Virus record (IMG/VR): IMGVR_UViG_3300022917_000015
Coordinates: 1-48,022 of that record
Origin: a virus
Taxonomy: Duplodnaviria > Caudoviricetes
DNA: 48,022 nucleotides
Direction: 5' to 3' (one strand)
The position numbers and the translations under genes were made by a program. The notes below the pieces were generated by a model, which worked only from the letters and a program-made list of their open reading frames with translations, did not search any database and was not told the origin of the DNA. Below, in pieces: positions 8,759 to 18,798 of the stretch; position 1 is the first letter of the stretch; each line of letters opens with the position of its first letter.

Positions 8759-9835
8759 ATGAGCGACAAGTCAACCATTGCACTGATCGACATGTACCTG
8801 GAGGATGCGTCTACACCGCCGTTCCTCTCGGGCTTCTTTCGATCGCCGCCTCAAAACTTCCACACCACCGAGGATATCGAGATCGACATTCAGCGCGACA
8901 CCGAGGAGGTCGCGATCGTCATCAACGATCTCAGCCTGCCCCCGAATCACAACGAAAATTCGTTGTACACCAACAAGCGCCTGAAGCCGCCGATCTACGA
9001 TGAGGAGGGATCGGTCACGTCGTTTGACATGATCCAGCGGCAGCCGGGGCAGAACCCCTTTCAAAATCCGAACTACGCCGCGAACGCGGTGCAGCAGAGT
9101 TTCGCGATCTTCCGCAAGCTCGAGAGCAAGATCCGTCGCGCGATCGAGCTCCAGGCCTCGCAAGTTCTGCAAACCGGATCGCTCTCGCTGATCAACAAAG
9201 CGGGAGTCGTGGTCTACACGATCAATTTCTCCCCGAAGTCGACGCACTTCACCACGCCGACGGCATGGGCCGCGGACGGATCGACGGGCGATCCGTTGGC
9301 GAACATCGAGTCGCTCGCGACGATCATCCGGCGCGACGGCAAGCGCGAGCCGAACAAACTGATCTTTGGGCTCGGAGCGTACGCGCGATTCCTCGCGAAT
9401 ACCAAGGTAGCGGCCCGGCTGCTGCAAACCCGCGGGCAGCTCATCGAGGCCGCTCCGCAGGCGCGCGGCGCGGGCGCGACGTTTCAAGGATGGGTGTGGG
9501 CCGGCCACTACCGCTTTGAAATGTGGACGTACGACGGGTTCTATATGCACCCGCAAACCGCGGCCTTCACTCCGTTCGTGGGTGACAGCAAGGTGATCAT
9601 GCTGGGCGACGGCCGGCTCGATCTCACCTACGGCGCGATCCCGATGATCGTGGCGCCGGATCAGCGGGCGTTGCCGTTCCTGCCGCCCCGCATTTCGAGC
9701 TCGGGCGCAGGCCTCGATCTCACCACGAACGCATGGGTAACCCCGGACGGCAAGCGCGTGATGGTATCGGCGGGCACGCGCCCGCTCACCATTCCGACGG
9801 CGATCGACACCTTCGGTTGCATCACCGCGTTCTGA
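8759..9835 (+). CDS. Major capsid protein, lambda gpE family
   Basis: 358 aa; FLSGFF, IRRAIELQASQVLQTG, W...TGDPLANI, C-terminal TRPL.IP; synteny. Confidence 0.9.
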   Translation: MSDKSTIALIDMYLEDASTPPFLSGFFRSPPQNFHTTEDIEIDIQRDTEEVAIVINDLSLPPNHNENSLYTNKRLKPPIYDEEGSVTSFDMIQRQPGQNPFQNPNYAANAVQQSFAIFRKLESKIRRAIELQASQVLQTGSLSLINKAGVVVYTINFSPKSTHFTTPTAWAADGSTGDPLANIESLATIIRRDGKREPNKLIFGLGAYARFLANTKVAARLLQTRGQLIEAAPQARGAGATFQGWVWAGHYRFEMWTYDGFYMHPQTAAFTPFVGDSKVIMLGDGRLDLTYGAIPMIVAPDQRALPFLPPRISSSGAGLDLTTNAWVTPDGKRVMVSAGTRPLTIPTAIDTFGCITAF

Positions 9836-9836
9836 G

Positions 9837-10214
9837 ATGGGCTTACGAGAGCAAGCCAAGCTCGACGCGCGCGCGATCCTCGAGGACGCCTCGGGGTTCG
9901 CGTGGCCCGTGACCTTGACCTCGCCGCTCGGCGCGGTCACGGCGCTGCTCGGGTTCACGACGGACGTTGCCCAGACCATCGATCCGGACACGGGTCAAGC
10001 GGTGGCTGGGCAACGGGCGTCGTTTACCGTCGCGCGGGCGTCGCTGCCCTCGCTGCCCGAGGGCGTCGCCGAGAGCAACCGCAAACCGTGGCTCGCGACC
10101 TTTGCCGATAGCGAGGGCGTGATCGCGACGTGGAAAGTTTCCGATGTGATGCCCGACGCGGCCGCCGGCGTCGTGGTGCTCATCCTCGAGAAGTATGCCA
10201 GCGCTGATCCCTGA
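9837..10214 (+). CDS. Head-tail adaptor/closure protein
   Basis: Synteny after capsid; IDPDTGQAVAG motif. Confidence 0.65.
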   Translation: MGLREQAKLDARAILEDASGFAWPVTLTSPLGAVTALLGFTTDVAQTIDPDTGQAVAGQRASFTVARASLPSLPEGVAESNRKPWLATFADSEGVIATWKVSDVMPDAAAGVVVLILEKYASADP

Positions 10215-10857
10215 GCTGATCACCAAGGTAGACAACGTCGAGATCATCCGCGATCAGATCGCGGCGATCCTCGCCGTCGAGCTCGCGAACCAAGCGCTGC
10301 TCGCGGGAGAACCGCGACCGGCGGTATTCATCGAGCGGAGCAACCCGTGGGGGCAATTCCTCGCAACGACGTCGACCGCCCCGCAGTCGCTGATCAACGT
10401 CTGGTGGGATAGCTCGACGTTTGATGCCGCGACGAGCAACGTCGTTGAGCGGCAAAAGTCTGAGACGGTTTTCAATATCGATTGCTACGGCTACGCGGTG
10501 AGCAAAGACGACGGCGCGACGGGGCACTTGCCCGCCGATGAGATGGCGGCGCGCGAAGCACAGCGCGCGGTGAGGCTCGCGCGGAACATCCTGATGGCAG
10601 GTGTCTACACGTACCTCGGCCTGCGCGGGCTGGTCTGGAAGAGATTCCCGCAAACGATCAGCATGTTTCAGCCGCAGATCGACGGCAACAAAGCCGCGCA
10701 ACGGATCGTCGCCGGGCGCCTCGCGCTCCAGGTGCATTTCAATGAGTTCTCGCCGCAGTACGTCGGCGAGGTGCTCGAGACCCTCATGCTTGAAGTTCTC
10801 CGGAGCGGGACGGGCGCGCTGCTCCTCCGCGCGGAATATCCAAACCCCACCCCATAG
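10195..10857 (+). CDS. Tail completion/terminator-like protein
   Basis: Position directly before sheath; 220 aa. Confidence 0.6.
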   Translation: MPALIPELITKVDNVEIIRDQIAAILAVELANQALLAGEPRPAVFIERSNPWGQFLATTSTAPQSLINVWWDSSTFDAATSNVVERQKSETVFNIDCYGYAVSKDDGATGHLPADEMAAREAQRAVRLARNILMAGVYTYLGLRGLVWKRFPQTISMFQPQIDGNKAAQRIVAGRLALQVHFNEFSPQYVGEVLETLMLEVLRSGTGALLLRAEYPNPTP

Positions 10858-10869
10858 GAAACCCCACCC

Positions 10870-12366
10870 ATGTCCGTAACCGCATCGGCCGTCGCTCGCG
10901 TCCTCGGCATCGACACTTTTTTCAAGGATCTCAGGGGCGGCGCCGCGCAGTCGTTGCCGCAGCAAATCGCCCTGCTCGCGCAGGGTAACAGCGCCTCGGT
11001 CGGCTACTCGCTGCTCGCTCGGCGCGTGCTCAGCGCCGCCGAGGCCGCCTCGGTCTATGGCTTCGGCTCGCCGATCCACCTCGGCATGCTGGAGCTGCTG
11101 CCGCCCACCGGGGGCGGCGTCGGCAGCATTCCCGTTTGGGTCCTGCCGCTCAATGACGACGGCGCCGGCGTCGCCGCGGTGGGCACGATCACGCCCGCCG
11201 GCGCCGCGGCCGCGACCGCGAACTACGTCGTACGGATCGCCGGCATCCTGAGCGCGCCTTTCACGGTCACGGCCGCCGATACCGTCGCGACGCAGGTCGC
11301 CGCGCTCGTCGCTGCGGTCAATGCCGTCCTCTCGCTGCCGGTGATCGCAACCAATACCGGGCCCGGCACCGCGTGCACGCTCACCGCCAAATGGAAGGGC
11401 GCGACCGGCAACGAATTGAAAGTGGAGGTCCTCGACTCCCTCGGGGTTTCCGCCGGCGCGCTGTTTACGATCGTGAACCCCGCGACGGGCGCGACCGATC
11501 CATCGGTGACGACGGCCCTCGCCGGCATCGGGCCCGAATGGATCACGATCCTTGTCAACTCGTTCCACGGCACCAATACCACCGTGCTCGGCGCGATCCA
11601 AACCAAGGGCGAGGCGCGATGGGATCAGCAAGTGCGCCGCCCGTTCGTGGCGATTTGCGGCAACGATGAATCCACGTTTGCGACCGCGACGGCAACGACC
11701 GCAGCGCGCAAGACGGACCGCATCAATGTGCAGGTCGTCTCGCCGGGCTCGGTGCACTTGCCCGTTCAAATCGCGGCCGCGCAGGCGCGCGAGATCGCCA
11801 AGGTCGCGGACGACAATCCGCCGACGGACTACGGCAGCCGCAAGGTAACGACGCTGATCCCCGGCGCCGCCTCGCTCCAGTGGGATTACGCGACGCGAGA
11901 CGCGGCGGTGAAAGCGGGGTGCTCGACGATCGAGGTCAAAAACGGCGTCGTTTGCCTCAGTGACATCGTCACGATGTACCACCCGGACGGCGAGGTTCCG
12001 CCCGCGTATCGCTACGTGGTCGACATCATGAAGATCATGACGATCATCTACAACATCGACCTCGAATTCGCGCAACCCGAATGGGATGGCGCGCCGCTGA
12101 TCCCCGACGGTCAGCCCACGGTCAACCCGAACGCGCGCCGCCCGAGCTCGGCCAAGTCGGCGCTGTTTCGCATCATCGACGGGCTCGCGCTCGAGGCGAT
12201 CATCAGCGATCCCGCTGCCGCGAAAGCCGCGACCACCGCGAACATCAATGCGACGAACCCCAAGCGCCTCGACTTGAGCACGACGGTGCAGCTCTCGGGA
12301 AATACCAACATCATCTCGATCGATCTGAACTTTGGTTTCTTCTTCGGCTCGGCCGTCGCCGCCTGA
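10870..12366 (+). CDS. Tail sheath protein (Mu gpL-like)
   Basis: 498 aa; YGFGSPIH, LTAKWKGATGN, DIVTMYHP, NPKRLD. Confidence 0.9.
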   Translation: MSVTASAVARVLGIDTFFKDLRGGAAQSLPQQIALLAQGNSASVGYSLLARRVLSAAEAASVYGFGSPIHLGMLELLPPTGGGVGSIPVWVLPLNDDGAGVAAVGTITPAGAAAATANYVVRIAGILSAPFTVTAADTVATQVAALVAAVNAVLSLPVIATNTGPGTACTLTAKWKGATGNELKVEVLDSLGVSAGALFTIVNPATGATDPSVTTALAGIGPEWITILVNSFHGTNTTVLGAIQTKGEARWDQQVRRPFVAICGNDESTFATATATTAARKTDRINVQVVSPGSVHLPVQIAAAQAREIAKVADDNPPTDYGSRKVTTLIPGAASLQWDYATRDAAVKAGCSTIEVKNGVVCLSDIVTMYHPDGEVPPAYRYVVDIMKIMTIIYNIDLEFAQPEWDGAPLIPDGQPTVNPNARRPSSAKSALFRIIDGLALEAIISDPAAAKAATTANINATNPKRLDLSTTVQLSGNTNIISIDLNFGFFFGSAVAA

Positions 12367-12419
12367 GCCTCGCGCCCCCGGTCCGTCAAATCCCGCAAGT
12401 TTCATAAGGAGCAGCAGCC

Positions 12420-12803
12420 ATGCCCGCAGTAGGTGGATCCATCCAATCGCTCACGATCCGTGGGCGGATTTTCCCAGTCGCCTCGGATGCCGAGGCAAAC
12501 AAAAAGCTCGGTGGCTTCGAGAACGAGGTGCAAGCCAACGGCGACGCGACCGCGCGCAAGATCATGACCCGGGTTCCCTGGGCGATCGACGGGCTCCAGG
12601 TGGAGATCAACGACGATCGCGGCGATCAGGAATTTCTACAAGAGATTGCCGATAGCCTCGACTTTGTCTCGATGGAAATGGAGCTCGCGAGCGGCACCAT
12701 TTACGCGGGCACGGGCACGGTCACCGATGAGATCCAGGCGAGCAGCCAGAACGCGACGGCGACGATCAAGATCGGCGGTCCGGGCAAGCTCGAGGCGCAG
12801 TAA
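12420..12803 (+). CDS. Tail tube protein
   Basis: AAGGAG RBS; 127 aa after sheath; LGGFENEVQANGD. Confidence 0.8.
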   Translation: MPAVGGSIQSLTIRGRIFPVASDAEANKKLGGFENEVQANGDATARKIMTRVPWAIDGLQVEINDDRGDQEFLQEIADSLDFVSMEMELASGTIYAGTGTVTDEIQASSQNATATIKIGGPGKLEAQ

Positions 12804-12879
12804 GCGCCCCCATCACCAGCCGGGCGAGCTCGCGCTCGCTCGGCCCCCAAGCAAACAGGAAAGCATTCGAGTAACGGAT

Positions 12880-13293
12880 ATGACCGAGTCAAAATTCAAG
12901 GTGGCCGAGGAGGTCGCTACGGCCGAGTTCGAGCGGATGTGCAAAGCGATGCGCATCGAGCAGGACCTCGCCGAGCTCGACGAGGAGGAGCTCGCCGGCT
13001 GGAAAGCGCTGTGCGATCCGATCGTCAAAGACATCATGCGCGGGCAGCTCGTGATCAATGCCGAGGGCCTCGCGGTCTACACGCCGATCGGAGGAAAGGC
13101 GCTCACCTTCAATGCACCCACGGGCGCGACGCTCATGGCGCTCGAGACGTACGGCAAGGGCAAAGACGTTTCCAATATGATGGCCTCGATCGCCGACATG
13201 ACGGGCACCGGCAAAGGTGAGTTGTCGCGGCTTCCCGCGCGCGACGTCCAAGCGTGCGGGAGACTCGCGCGGCTTTTTTTGGCGGACCAGTAA
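12880..13293 (+). CDS. Tail assembly chaperone (short form)
   Basis: Between tube and tape measure; ends in a slippery run CTT TTT TTG. Confidence 0.75.
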   Translation: MTESKFKVAEEVATAEFERMCKAMRIEQDLAELDEEELAGWKALCDPIVKDIMRGQLVINAEGLAVYTPIGGKALTFNAPTGATLMALETYGKGKDVSNMMASIADMTGTGKGELSRLPARDVQACGRLARLFLADQ

Positions 13294-13529
13294 TCGATCG
13301 AATCGTGCGCAACGGCGCCGACGCGCGGCTCTCGAGCGCCGGGGCCACCTACCGGGAAATGCTGCTCCAGATCGCCCGCGACTATCCCGGGCTTCCCGAC
13401 GCGCGCACGCTCTCGATCGGTGAGATCGTTTTCTTCTATGACGGGTTGAGGCCGGAGCTGCATAAGCACACGCGCCCCGCGCCTGCGCCGAGCTCGGGCA
13501 AACCTAGCAAGTCTCGCAAGCACAAATAG
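13275..13529 (+). CDS. -1 frameshift extension of the tail assembly chaperone (G-T type)
   Basis: T TTT TTG heptamer at 13275-13281; -1 frame open to 13529, abutting the tape measure ATG. Confidence 0.75.
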   Translation, partial: FFGGPVIDRIVRNGADARLSSAGATYREMLLQIARDYPGLPDARTLSIGEIVFFYDGLRPELHKHTRPAPAPSSGKPSKSRKHK

Positions 13530-15800
13530 ATGGCTGGAAAAAAGTTCTCGATCGAGGCGGTATTCAGTGCGCTCGACAAGATCAGCGCGCCCATCGCCAA
13601 GATCAAAACAAAGCTCGCGGGCCTCGGCAAGGGCGCGAGCAGTGCCTTGCGAGGGGCGAACACCGCGGTAGACGCGAGCATCGCGGGCATGGGCAAGTTC
13701 AGCAACGCGATCGGCGTTGCGAGCGCGGTGAGTGTCGCGGGCCTCGGCCTCGCCTTGAAGGATACGATCGAGGAGGGCGCCAATTTCGAGCGGACGATGG
13801 TATTCGCCGCGGCGCAATTCCCCGGCATGATCAAACAGGGCACGAAGGAATTCGACGCCCTCGGCGCGGCCGCGCGCAGGGTCGGCGATGAGACCGAGTT
13901 CTCGGCGCAGGACGCCGCCGAGGGCCTCACGCTGCTCGCGACCGCGGGGCTTTCGGCGGAGGCCGCGATCGCCGCGCTGCCCAAGGTCGTCAATTTCGCG
14001 ACCGCGAGCAAAGTGGAGTTCGCGCGCGCGAGCGACATTGCCAACGACGCGATGGGTGCCTTCAGCCTCACGTCCAAGGATGCGACGAAAAACGCCGCGA
14101 ACATGTCGCGCGTGATGGATGTGCTCACGCGCGCTGCGGCCGACTCCACAACCAACGTCGAGGAATTGTTCGAGGCGGTCAAGGTCGGCGGCCCGCTGGC
14201 AAAGACGGCGGGCGTTTCGCTCGAGCAATTCGTCGCGTACACCGAGACGCTCGCGAGCACCGGCATCAAGGGCGCCGAGGCGGGCACGGCGATCCGGAAC
14301 ATGTTCCTCGAGCTCGGGTCACCGAGCACCGCCGCAGCGAAAGGAATGGCAACTCTCGGGGTCAAGCTCGCCAAGACAAAGACGGGCGCGATCGACATGA
14401 CGGCGACGATCGAGCGCTTCTCGAAAGCCACCGGCAAAATGACAAAGGCGCAGAAGATCCAGGCGCTCGGCGCCGTCTTTGGAGCGCGCACGATCGGGCC
14501 CTTCATCGCGCTCATGGATGCGGGCGCGGGCAAGATCGGCGAGTACAAAACAGCGCTCGAGGGCGCCGCCGGCACGACCGAGGGAATGGCCAAGCTGCTC
14601 AGCGCCGACATGCTCGGATCGCTGCGGAATTTCTCCTCGCTGATCGACGGGGTAAAGCTCGATGTATTCACGGCGATCCGCCCGATCCTGATGGATCTGG
14701 TCAAGGCGACGAGCGAATGGGTGACGGCAAATCGCGAGCTGATCAAAACGAAAGCCGCCGAGTGGCTCGGCGCGTTCCGCGATAACCTGCCGGTGATTTG
14801 GGATTGGACGGTGAGGATCGCGACGGCCTTTGCCGGATGGCTGGCGTTTGCCGCGACGGTCAAGGCGATCAACGTTGCGATCCTCGCGTACCGTGGCGCC
14901 GCGCTGCTCGCCGCGGGCGCGACTTGGCTGTGGAACGCCGCTGCCGGGGCGAATGTTTTCTGGACGGCCCGGCTAGTGGTCGAGATCGCCGCGTACCGGA
15001 TTGCCCTCGTCGCCTCGCGCGTGGCAACGGTCGCCGGTACCGCGGCGGCCTGGCTCTACAACGCCGCGATCACCGCCGGGCGGATCGGCACCACGCGATT
15101 TACGGTCGCGAGCGTGGCGAGCAAGGTCGCGCAACTCGCGGGGCAAGTGGTGACCGCCGCAGTGACCGCTACGACGTGGATCTATCACGGCGCCGTGACC
15201 GCGGTGCGCTTGGCGACCACTGGATTTACGGTGGCCACGGTCGCGAGCAGGGTCGCGCAACTCGCATCGCAAGCGGCGACGGTGATCGCCTCGGTCGCCC
15301 AGGGCGTTTACGCGGGCGTGCTCGGTGTGAGCTCGGGCGCGCTCGGCGCTTTCAGCGTTGCAGCGTACGCGAGCGTCACCGCGATCGCGGCGCAGGCCGC
15401 AGCGCTCGCCCCCTTCATCATCACGATCGGCGCTGCCGCGGCCGCCGTTGCCGCCCTCGCGTTCGCGTGGGATCAGTTGAGCAAGCTGAGCGGCGAGCTC
15501 TCGGGCTCGGGCGGTATCCTCGGGACGGCGAGCAAGATGATCGACATGGGCACGTTTGATCCGTTCGCGGCGCATGATGCCGCGATGAATGAGCAGGCGG
15601 CCAAGGATCGCGAGGCGCGCAACGCGCCGCAGGTCGTCTCGCCGCAGGCGCGCGCCGCAGCCGAAACCGCCGAGGCCACGGCAAGCGCGAGCGTCAACGG
15701 CACGATCACCGTGGCGCCGGCGCCCGGTGCAAAGGCGACGGTGCAAAGTAAATCGGGCGCGGTGCCGCTGCGCGTGAAACCCTCGGGGGCGTTTCCGTGA
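13530..15800 (+). CDS. Tape measure protein (TP901-family core)
   Basis: TEFSAQDAAEGLTLLATAG, GIKGAEAGTAIRN; Ala-rich; synteny. Confidence 0.92.
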   Translation: MAGKKFSIEAVFSALDKISAPIAKIKTKLAGLGKGASSALRGANTAVDASIAGMGKFSNAIGVASAVSVAGLGLALKDTIEEGANFERTMVFAAAQFPGMIKQGTKEFDALGAAARRVGDETEFSAQDAAEGLTLLATAGLSAEAAIAALPKVVNFATASKVEFARASDIANDAMGAFSLTSKDATKNAANMSRVMDVLTRAAADSTTNVEELFEAVKVGGPLAKTAGVSLEQFVAYTETLASTGIKGAEAGTAIRNMFLELGSPSTAAAKGMATLGVKLAKTKTGAIDMTATIERFSKATGKMTKAQKIQALGAVFGARTIGPFIALMDAGAGKIGEYKTALEGAAGTTEGMAKLLSADMLGSLRNFSSLIDGVKLDVFTAIRPILMDLVKATSEWVTANRELIKTKAAEWLGAFRDNLPVIWDWTVRIATAFAGWLAFAATVKAINVAILAYRGAALLAAGATWLWNAAAGANVFWTARLVVEIAAYRIALVASRVATVAGTAAAWLYNAAITAGRIGTTRFTVASVASKVAQLAGQVVTAAVTATTWIYHGAVTAVRLATTGFTVATVASRVAQLASQAATVIASVAQGVYAGVLGVSSGALGAFSVAAYASVTAIAAQAAALAPFIITIGAAAAAVAALAFAWDQLSKLSGELSGSGGILGTASKMIDMGTFDPFAAHDAAMNEQAAKDREARNAPQVVSPQARAAAETAEATASASVNGTITVAPAPGAKATVQSKSGAVPLRVKPSGAFP

Positions 15801-17056
15801 CCTGGATCGATCGGCTCGCCGAGGCCGCGTACACCTCGCCGAAAGGCACGCGACAAACGTTCCTGTTCGAGGACGTTTCGAGGGAAGTCGAGAAGCGCAC
15901 CGCGGCCTTCATGTTTCCAGGCATCGACGGCACCTATGTGCAGGACAACGGGCACACCGAGCGGCGCTATCCGTTGCGCTGCATTTTCACGGGCGCCGAT
16001 TGCGATCAGGCCGCGGAGGCATTCGAGGCGCTGCTGCTCGAGCGCGGGCAAGGCGCCCTCGAACATCCGCTCTATGGCAAAAGGAACGTCGTTCCCTTCG
16101 GCACGATCACCCGCCGTGACGACCTGATGAGCGCCGCCAATCAGGCGATCGTGGAAGTGACGTTCTGGAGCACGATCGGCGCCGTGTATCCGTCGAGCGG
16201 TTTCAGTGCAAAGGGCGCGCTCGTCCAGTCGCTCGGCAAGTCATCCGAGAAACTATCGCAGTCGTTCTCGAAAGGGATGAAACTCAACACCGAGGCGCGG
16301 CGCGCAGCGTCTAAGCTCTCGGTGCGCGAGGCGCTGCGGAACGTGCAGGCCGCGCTACAAAGCGTCGCCTCCGCGAGCGATGCGGTAAACCGCGAGTTCC
16401 GGCAGCTGCAAAGCGATATCAATTTCGGGATCGATGTTCTGATCGGTCAACCGTTGCTCCTCGCGCGGCAGCTCATGAACCTCGCGACCCTGCCCGCGCG
16501 CGCGCTCGCGGGTATCGCCTCGCGGCTCGAGGCGTATGCGAATCTACTCGATCGCATGGTGGCCTCGTCGAGGACCTCGCCCGCCGACGTCTCGGTGATC
16601 CCAGCGCTGCGCGTGCGAAAGCAAAACGAGTTCACGTTGTCCAGCCTGCTCGCCTCGGCCGCGGTCACGGGCTCGGTGAGCTCGGTGAATGAGAATACTT
16701 TCCTGGCCAAGCCCGAGGCGATCGCCGCGGCCGAGGCGATCATTGCGCAATCGGAAACGCTGACCGCCTGGAGTGATGAGCGGTACGACGATCAGGAACA
16801 AATCGACGTCGGCGAGGGCTACCAAGCGTTGCAGGAAACGACCGCGCTCGCGGTGGGGTTCCTCGTCGAGATCAGTTTCTCGCTCGTGCCCGAGCGCGCG
16901 ATCGTACTCGATCGCCCGCGCAACATCGTCGAGCTCGCCGCCGAGATCTACGGGTCGACCGATGATCGACTCGACTTTTTGATCACGACAAACAAGCTGA
17001 CCGGATCCGGGATCATCGAGCTGCCGCGAGGGCGGCGCATTGTCTACTATGCCTGA
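15797..17056 (+). CDS. DNA circularisation/tail initiator protein (Mu gp43/N-like)
   Basis: FPGIDGTYVQDNG, GQGALEHPLYG, C-terminal LysM-like LAAEIYG...LPRG. Confidence 0.85.
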   Translation: MTWIDRLAEAAYTSPKGTRQTFLFEDVSREVEKRTAAFMFPGIDGTYVQDNGHTERRYPLRCIFTGADCDQAAEAFEALLLERGQGALEHPLYGKRNVVPFGTITRRDDLMSAANQAIVEVTFWSTIGAVYPSSGFSAKGALVQSLGKSSEKLSQSFSKGMKLNTEARRAASKLSVREALRNVQAALQSVASASDAVNREFRQLQSDINFGIDVLIGQPLLLARQLMNLATLPARALAGIASRLEAYANLLDRMVASSRTSPADVSVIPALRVRKQNEFTLSSLLASAAVTGSVSSVNENTFLAKPEAIAAAEAIIAQSETLTAWSDERYDDQEQIDVGEGYQALQETTALAVGFLVEISFSLVPERAIVLDRPRNIVELAAEIYGSTDDRLDFLITTNKLTGSGIIELPRGRRIVYYA

Positions 17057-18095
17057 GAAGGTCGCGGTCAAGCACAGCGACGGGCGCCGGTTCGGCGAGT
17101 GGTCGGAGCTCGATCTCTCGATCGGGATCGATAGCTACCGATGCGCGTCGCTCAGTGGCCCGTGGGATCCGGAGCGCAAGGAAATGCGCTCGGCGTTCGA
17201 GCCGCTCGCGTTCCCATCGGTCACCGTCGAGATCGGCGACGAGCTGTTTCTAACGGGGCACGTGCAAGACGTCGCGCCGGTGGTCGACGCCGATCAATCG
17301 GTGGTCGGCATCACCGCCTATTCAAACGCCTACTGGCTCACCGAGATCTGTGCGCCCGCCGATGAGCCCCCGTACGAATTCAACGGCCTCGATCTCAAAC
17401 AGATCGCGTTCGTGGTCGCGGGGCATTCGCTCGGCCTGGTTGTCAACCTCGACGGCTCGCCCGGCGCCAAGTTTCACCGCGTCAAGTGCGAGCGCGATGC
17501 CGAGCTGCATGGGTTCCTCGCCGAGCTCGCGCTCCAGCGGGGTTTCGTGGTGACCGATACGGCGAGCGGCGATCTGCTGTTTCGAAGCGAGGGCCCGACG
17601 GGCTCGCCCGTCGCGCGGCTCGCGGGGCAGCCGCTCGGCAAAGTGTCGGCGCAATTCCAGCCGGGCCGGTGGTTCTCGCACATCACGGGGCGCGCGTGCA
17701 AACGCGCCGGCACGCAAGAGGGATCGAAGTACACGCAAATAAACAAGCTCTATCGGTCGTCCTTTCCGCGACACAATTGCGCGAGCGTCGGTGACACCGG
17801 ATCGGCGGACGTGCCTCGCGCCACGAAAGCCATGGTGGGGCGCATGGTCGCGAGCGTCGCGACGTACACCGTCGAGGACCTGCCGACGTGGCGCGATCCA
17901 TCGGGCAAACTGTGGCGACCCAACACCACGATCACGCTCACCGCGCCGGGCGCGATGATCTACAAAGAGACCGAGCTGCTCATCCGATCCATTCGATTCA
18001 AGCAACGCGGCGACGTTGAAACCGCGACCCTCGAGCTCGTGCTGCCCGGCTCGTTCGGCGGGACGCAACCGAAAGCGCTGCCGTGGGATTCCTAG
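17049..18095 (+). CDS. Baseplate hub protein (Mu gp44/P-like)
   Basis: W...G.LWRPN motif, LALQRG...DTASGDL; synteny. Confidence 0.85.
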   Translation: MPEKVAVKHSDGRRFGEWSELDLSIGIDSYRCASLSGPWDPERKEMRSAFEPLAFPSVTVEIGDELFLTGHVQDVAPVVDADQSVVGITAYSNAYWLTEICAPADEPPYEFNGLDLKQIAFVVAGHSLGLVVNLDGSPGAKFHRVKCERDAELHGFLAELALQRGFVVTDTASGDLLFRSEGPTGSPVARLAGQPLGKVSAQFQPGRWFSHITGRACKRAGTQEGSKYTQINKLYRSSFPRHNCASVGDTGSADVPRATKAMVGRMVASVATYTVEDLPTWRDPSGKLWRPNTTITLTAPGAMIYKETELLIRSIRFKQRGDVETATLELVLPGSFGGTQPKALPWDS

Positions 18096-18754
18096 CAACG
18101 GTGGTCGAGTTCCTCCGGAGCAGCGATCAGGGCACCCCTACGCCCGAGGTCAAGCTCGACCTCGGCGGCGAGGACACCGTTACCGGTTACCACTTCTCGC
18201 CCGCCGGCACCGATGCGCCCCCGAGGCCCGGCGACGTTGCCTATCTGGGCGAGGACCTCGGCGCCGGCAACGCGCAGGCCGTCGGTTACCAGGATCCAAT
18301 CAATGCGGGCGTCGCCGCCGCGGGCGAGCACCGCGTCTATTCGCGCGACGCGGACGGCGCGCCCATCGCGGAGCTATGGCTCAAGGCCGACGGCTCGATC
18401 CTCGTGCGCAGCGTCGCCGGGGGCAGCTCCGCCGAGCTCGCCGCCGACGGGGCGATCACGCTCACCACGCCGCAGGGCTCCGCAGCGCTCGCCGCCGACG
18501 GGGCGATCACGCTCACCACGCCGCAGGGCTCCGCGGCGTTCGGCGCCGACGGGGCGATCACGCTCACCACGCCGCAGAGTTCCGCGGCGTTCGGCGCCGA
18601 CGGGGCGATCGACCTGAGCAACGCCCTCGGCGGTGTCGCGATCGACGCCGCCGGAAACGTCGTTGCGACAACGCCCCTCGGGACATTCGGCGCCGGCACG
18701 CACACGCATGCCTCGCCCTTTGGCCCCACCGGGCCGCCGATCCCCGGCACGTGA
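18083..18754 (+). CDS. Baseplate spike (Mu gp45/gpV-like)
   Basis: OB-fold-like N-terminus, GEHRVYS, beta-helix repeats, terminal HTH (His-x-His) metal-binding motif. Confidence 0.85.
   Translation: MGFLATVVEFLRSSDQGTPTPEVKLDLGGEDTVTGYHFSPAGTDAPPRPGDVAYLGEDLGAGNAQAVGYQDPINAGVAAAGEHRVYSRDADGAPIAELWLKADGSILVRSVAGGSSAELAADGAITLTTPQGSAALAADGAITLTTPQGSAAFGADGAITLTTPQSSAAFGADGAIDLSNALGGVAIDAAGNVVATTPLGTFGAGTHTHASPFGPTGPPIPGT
18443..18610 (+). repeat. 51-bp tandem repeat (~3.3 copies, ADGAITLTTPQGSAA(L/F)(A/G)) in the spike gene
   Basis: Unit starts at 18443, 18494, 18545, 18596. Confidence 0.95.
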
Positions 18755-18798
18755 CCTTTAGCCCGCTGCGGATCTTCTCACGGTTTCTGTAGTTTCGA

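Noticed and set aside
10180-12405. 741-aa minus-strand ORF and other long antisense ORFs (e.g. 258..1532, 8771..9991, 13436..14872)
   Set aside because: Shadow frames of well-supported + strand genes in high-GC DNA; Arg/Gly-rich with no motifs
18443-18610. CRISPR array
   Set aside because: Contiguous in-frame coding repeats without unique spacers; no cas genes
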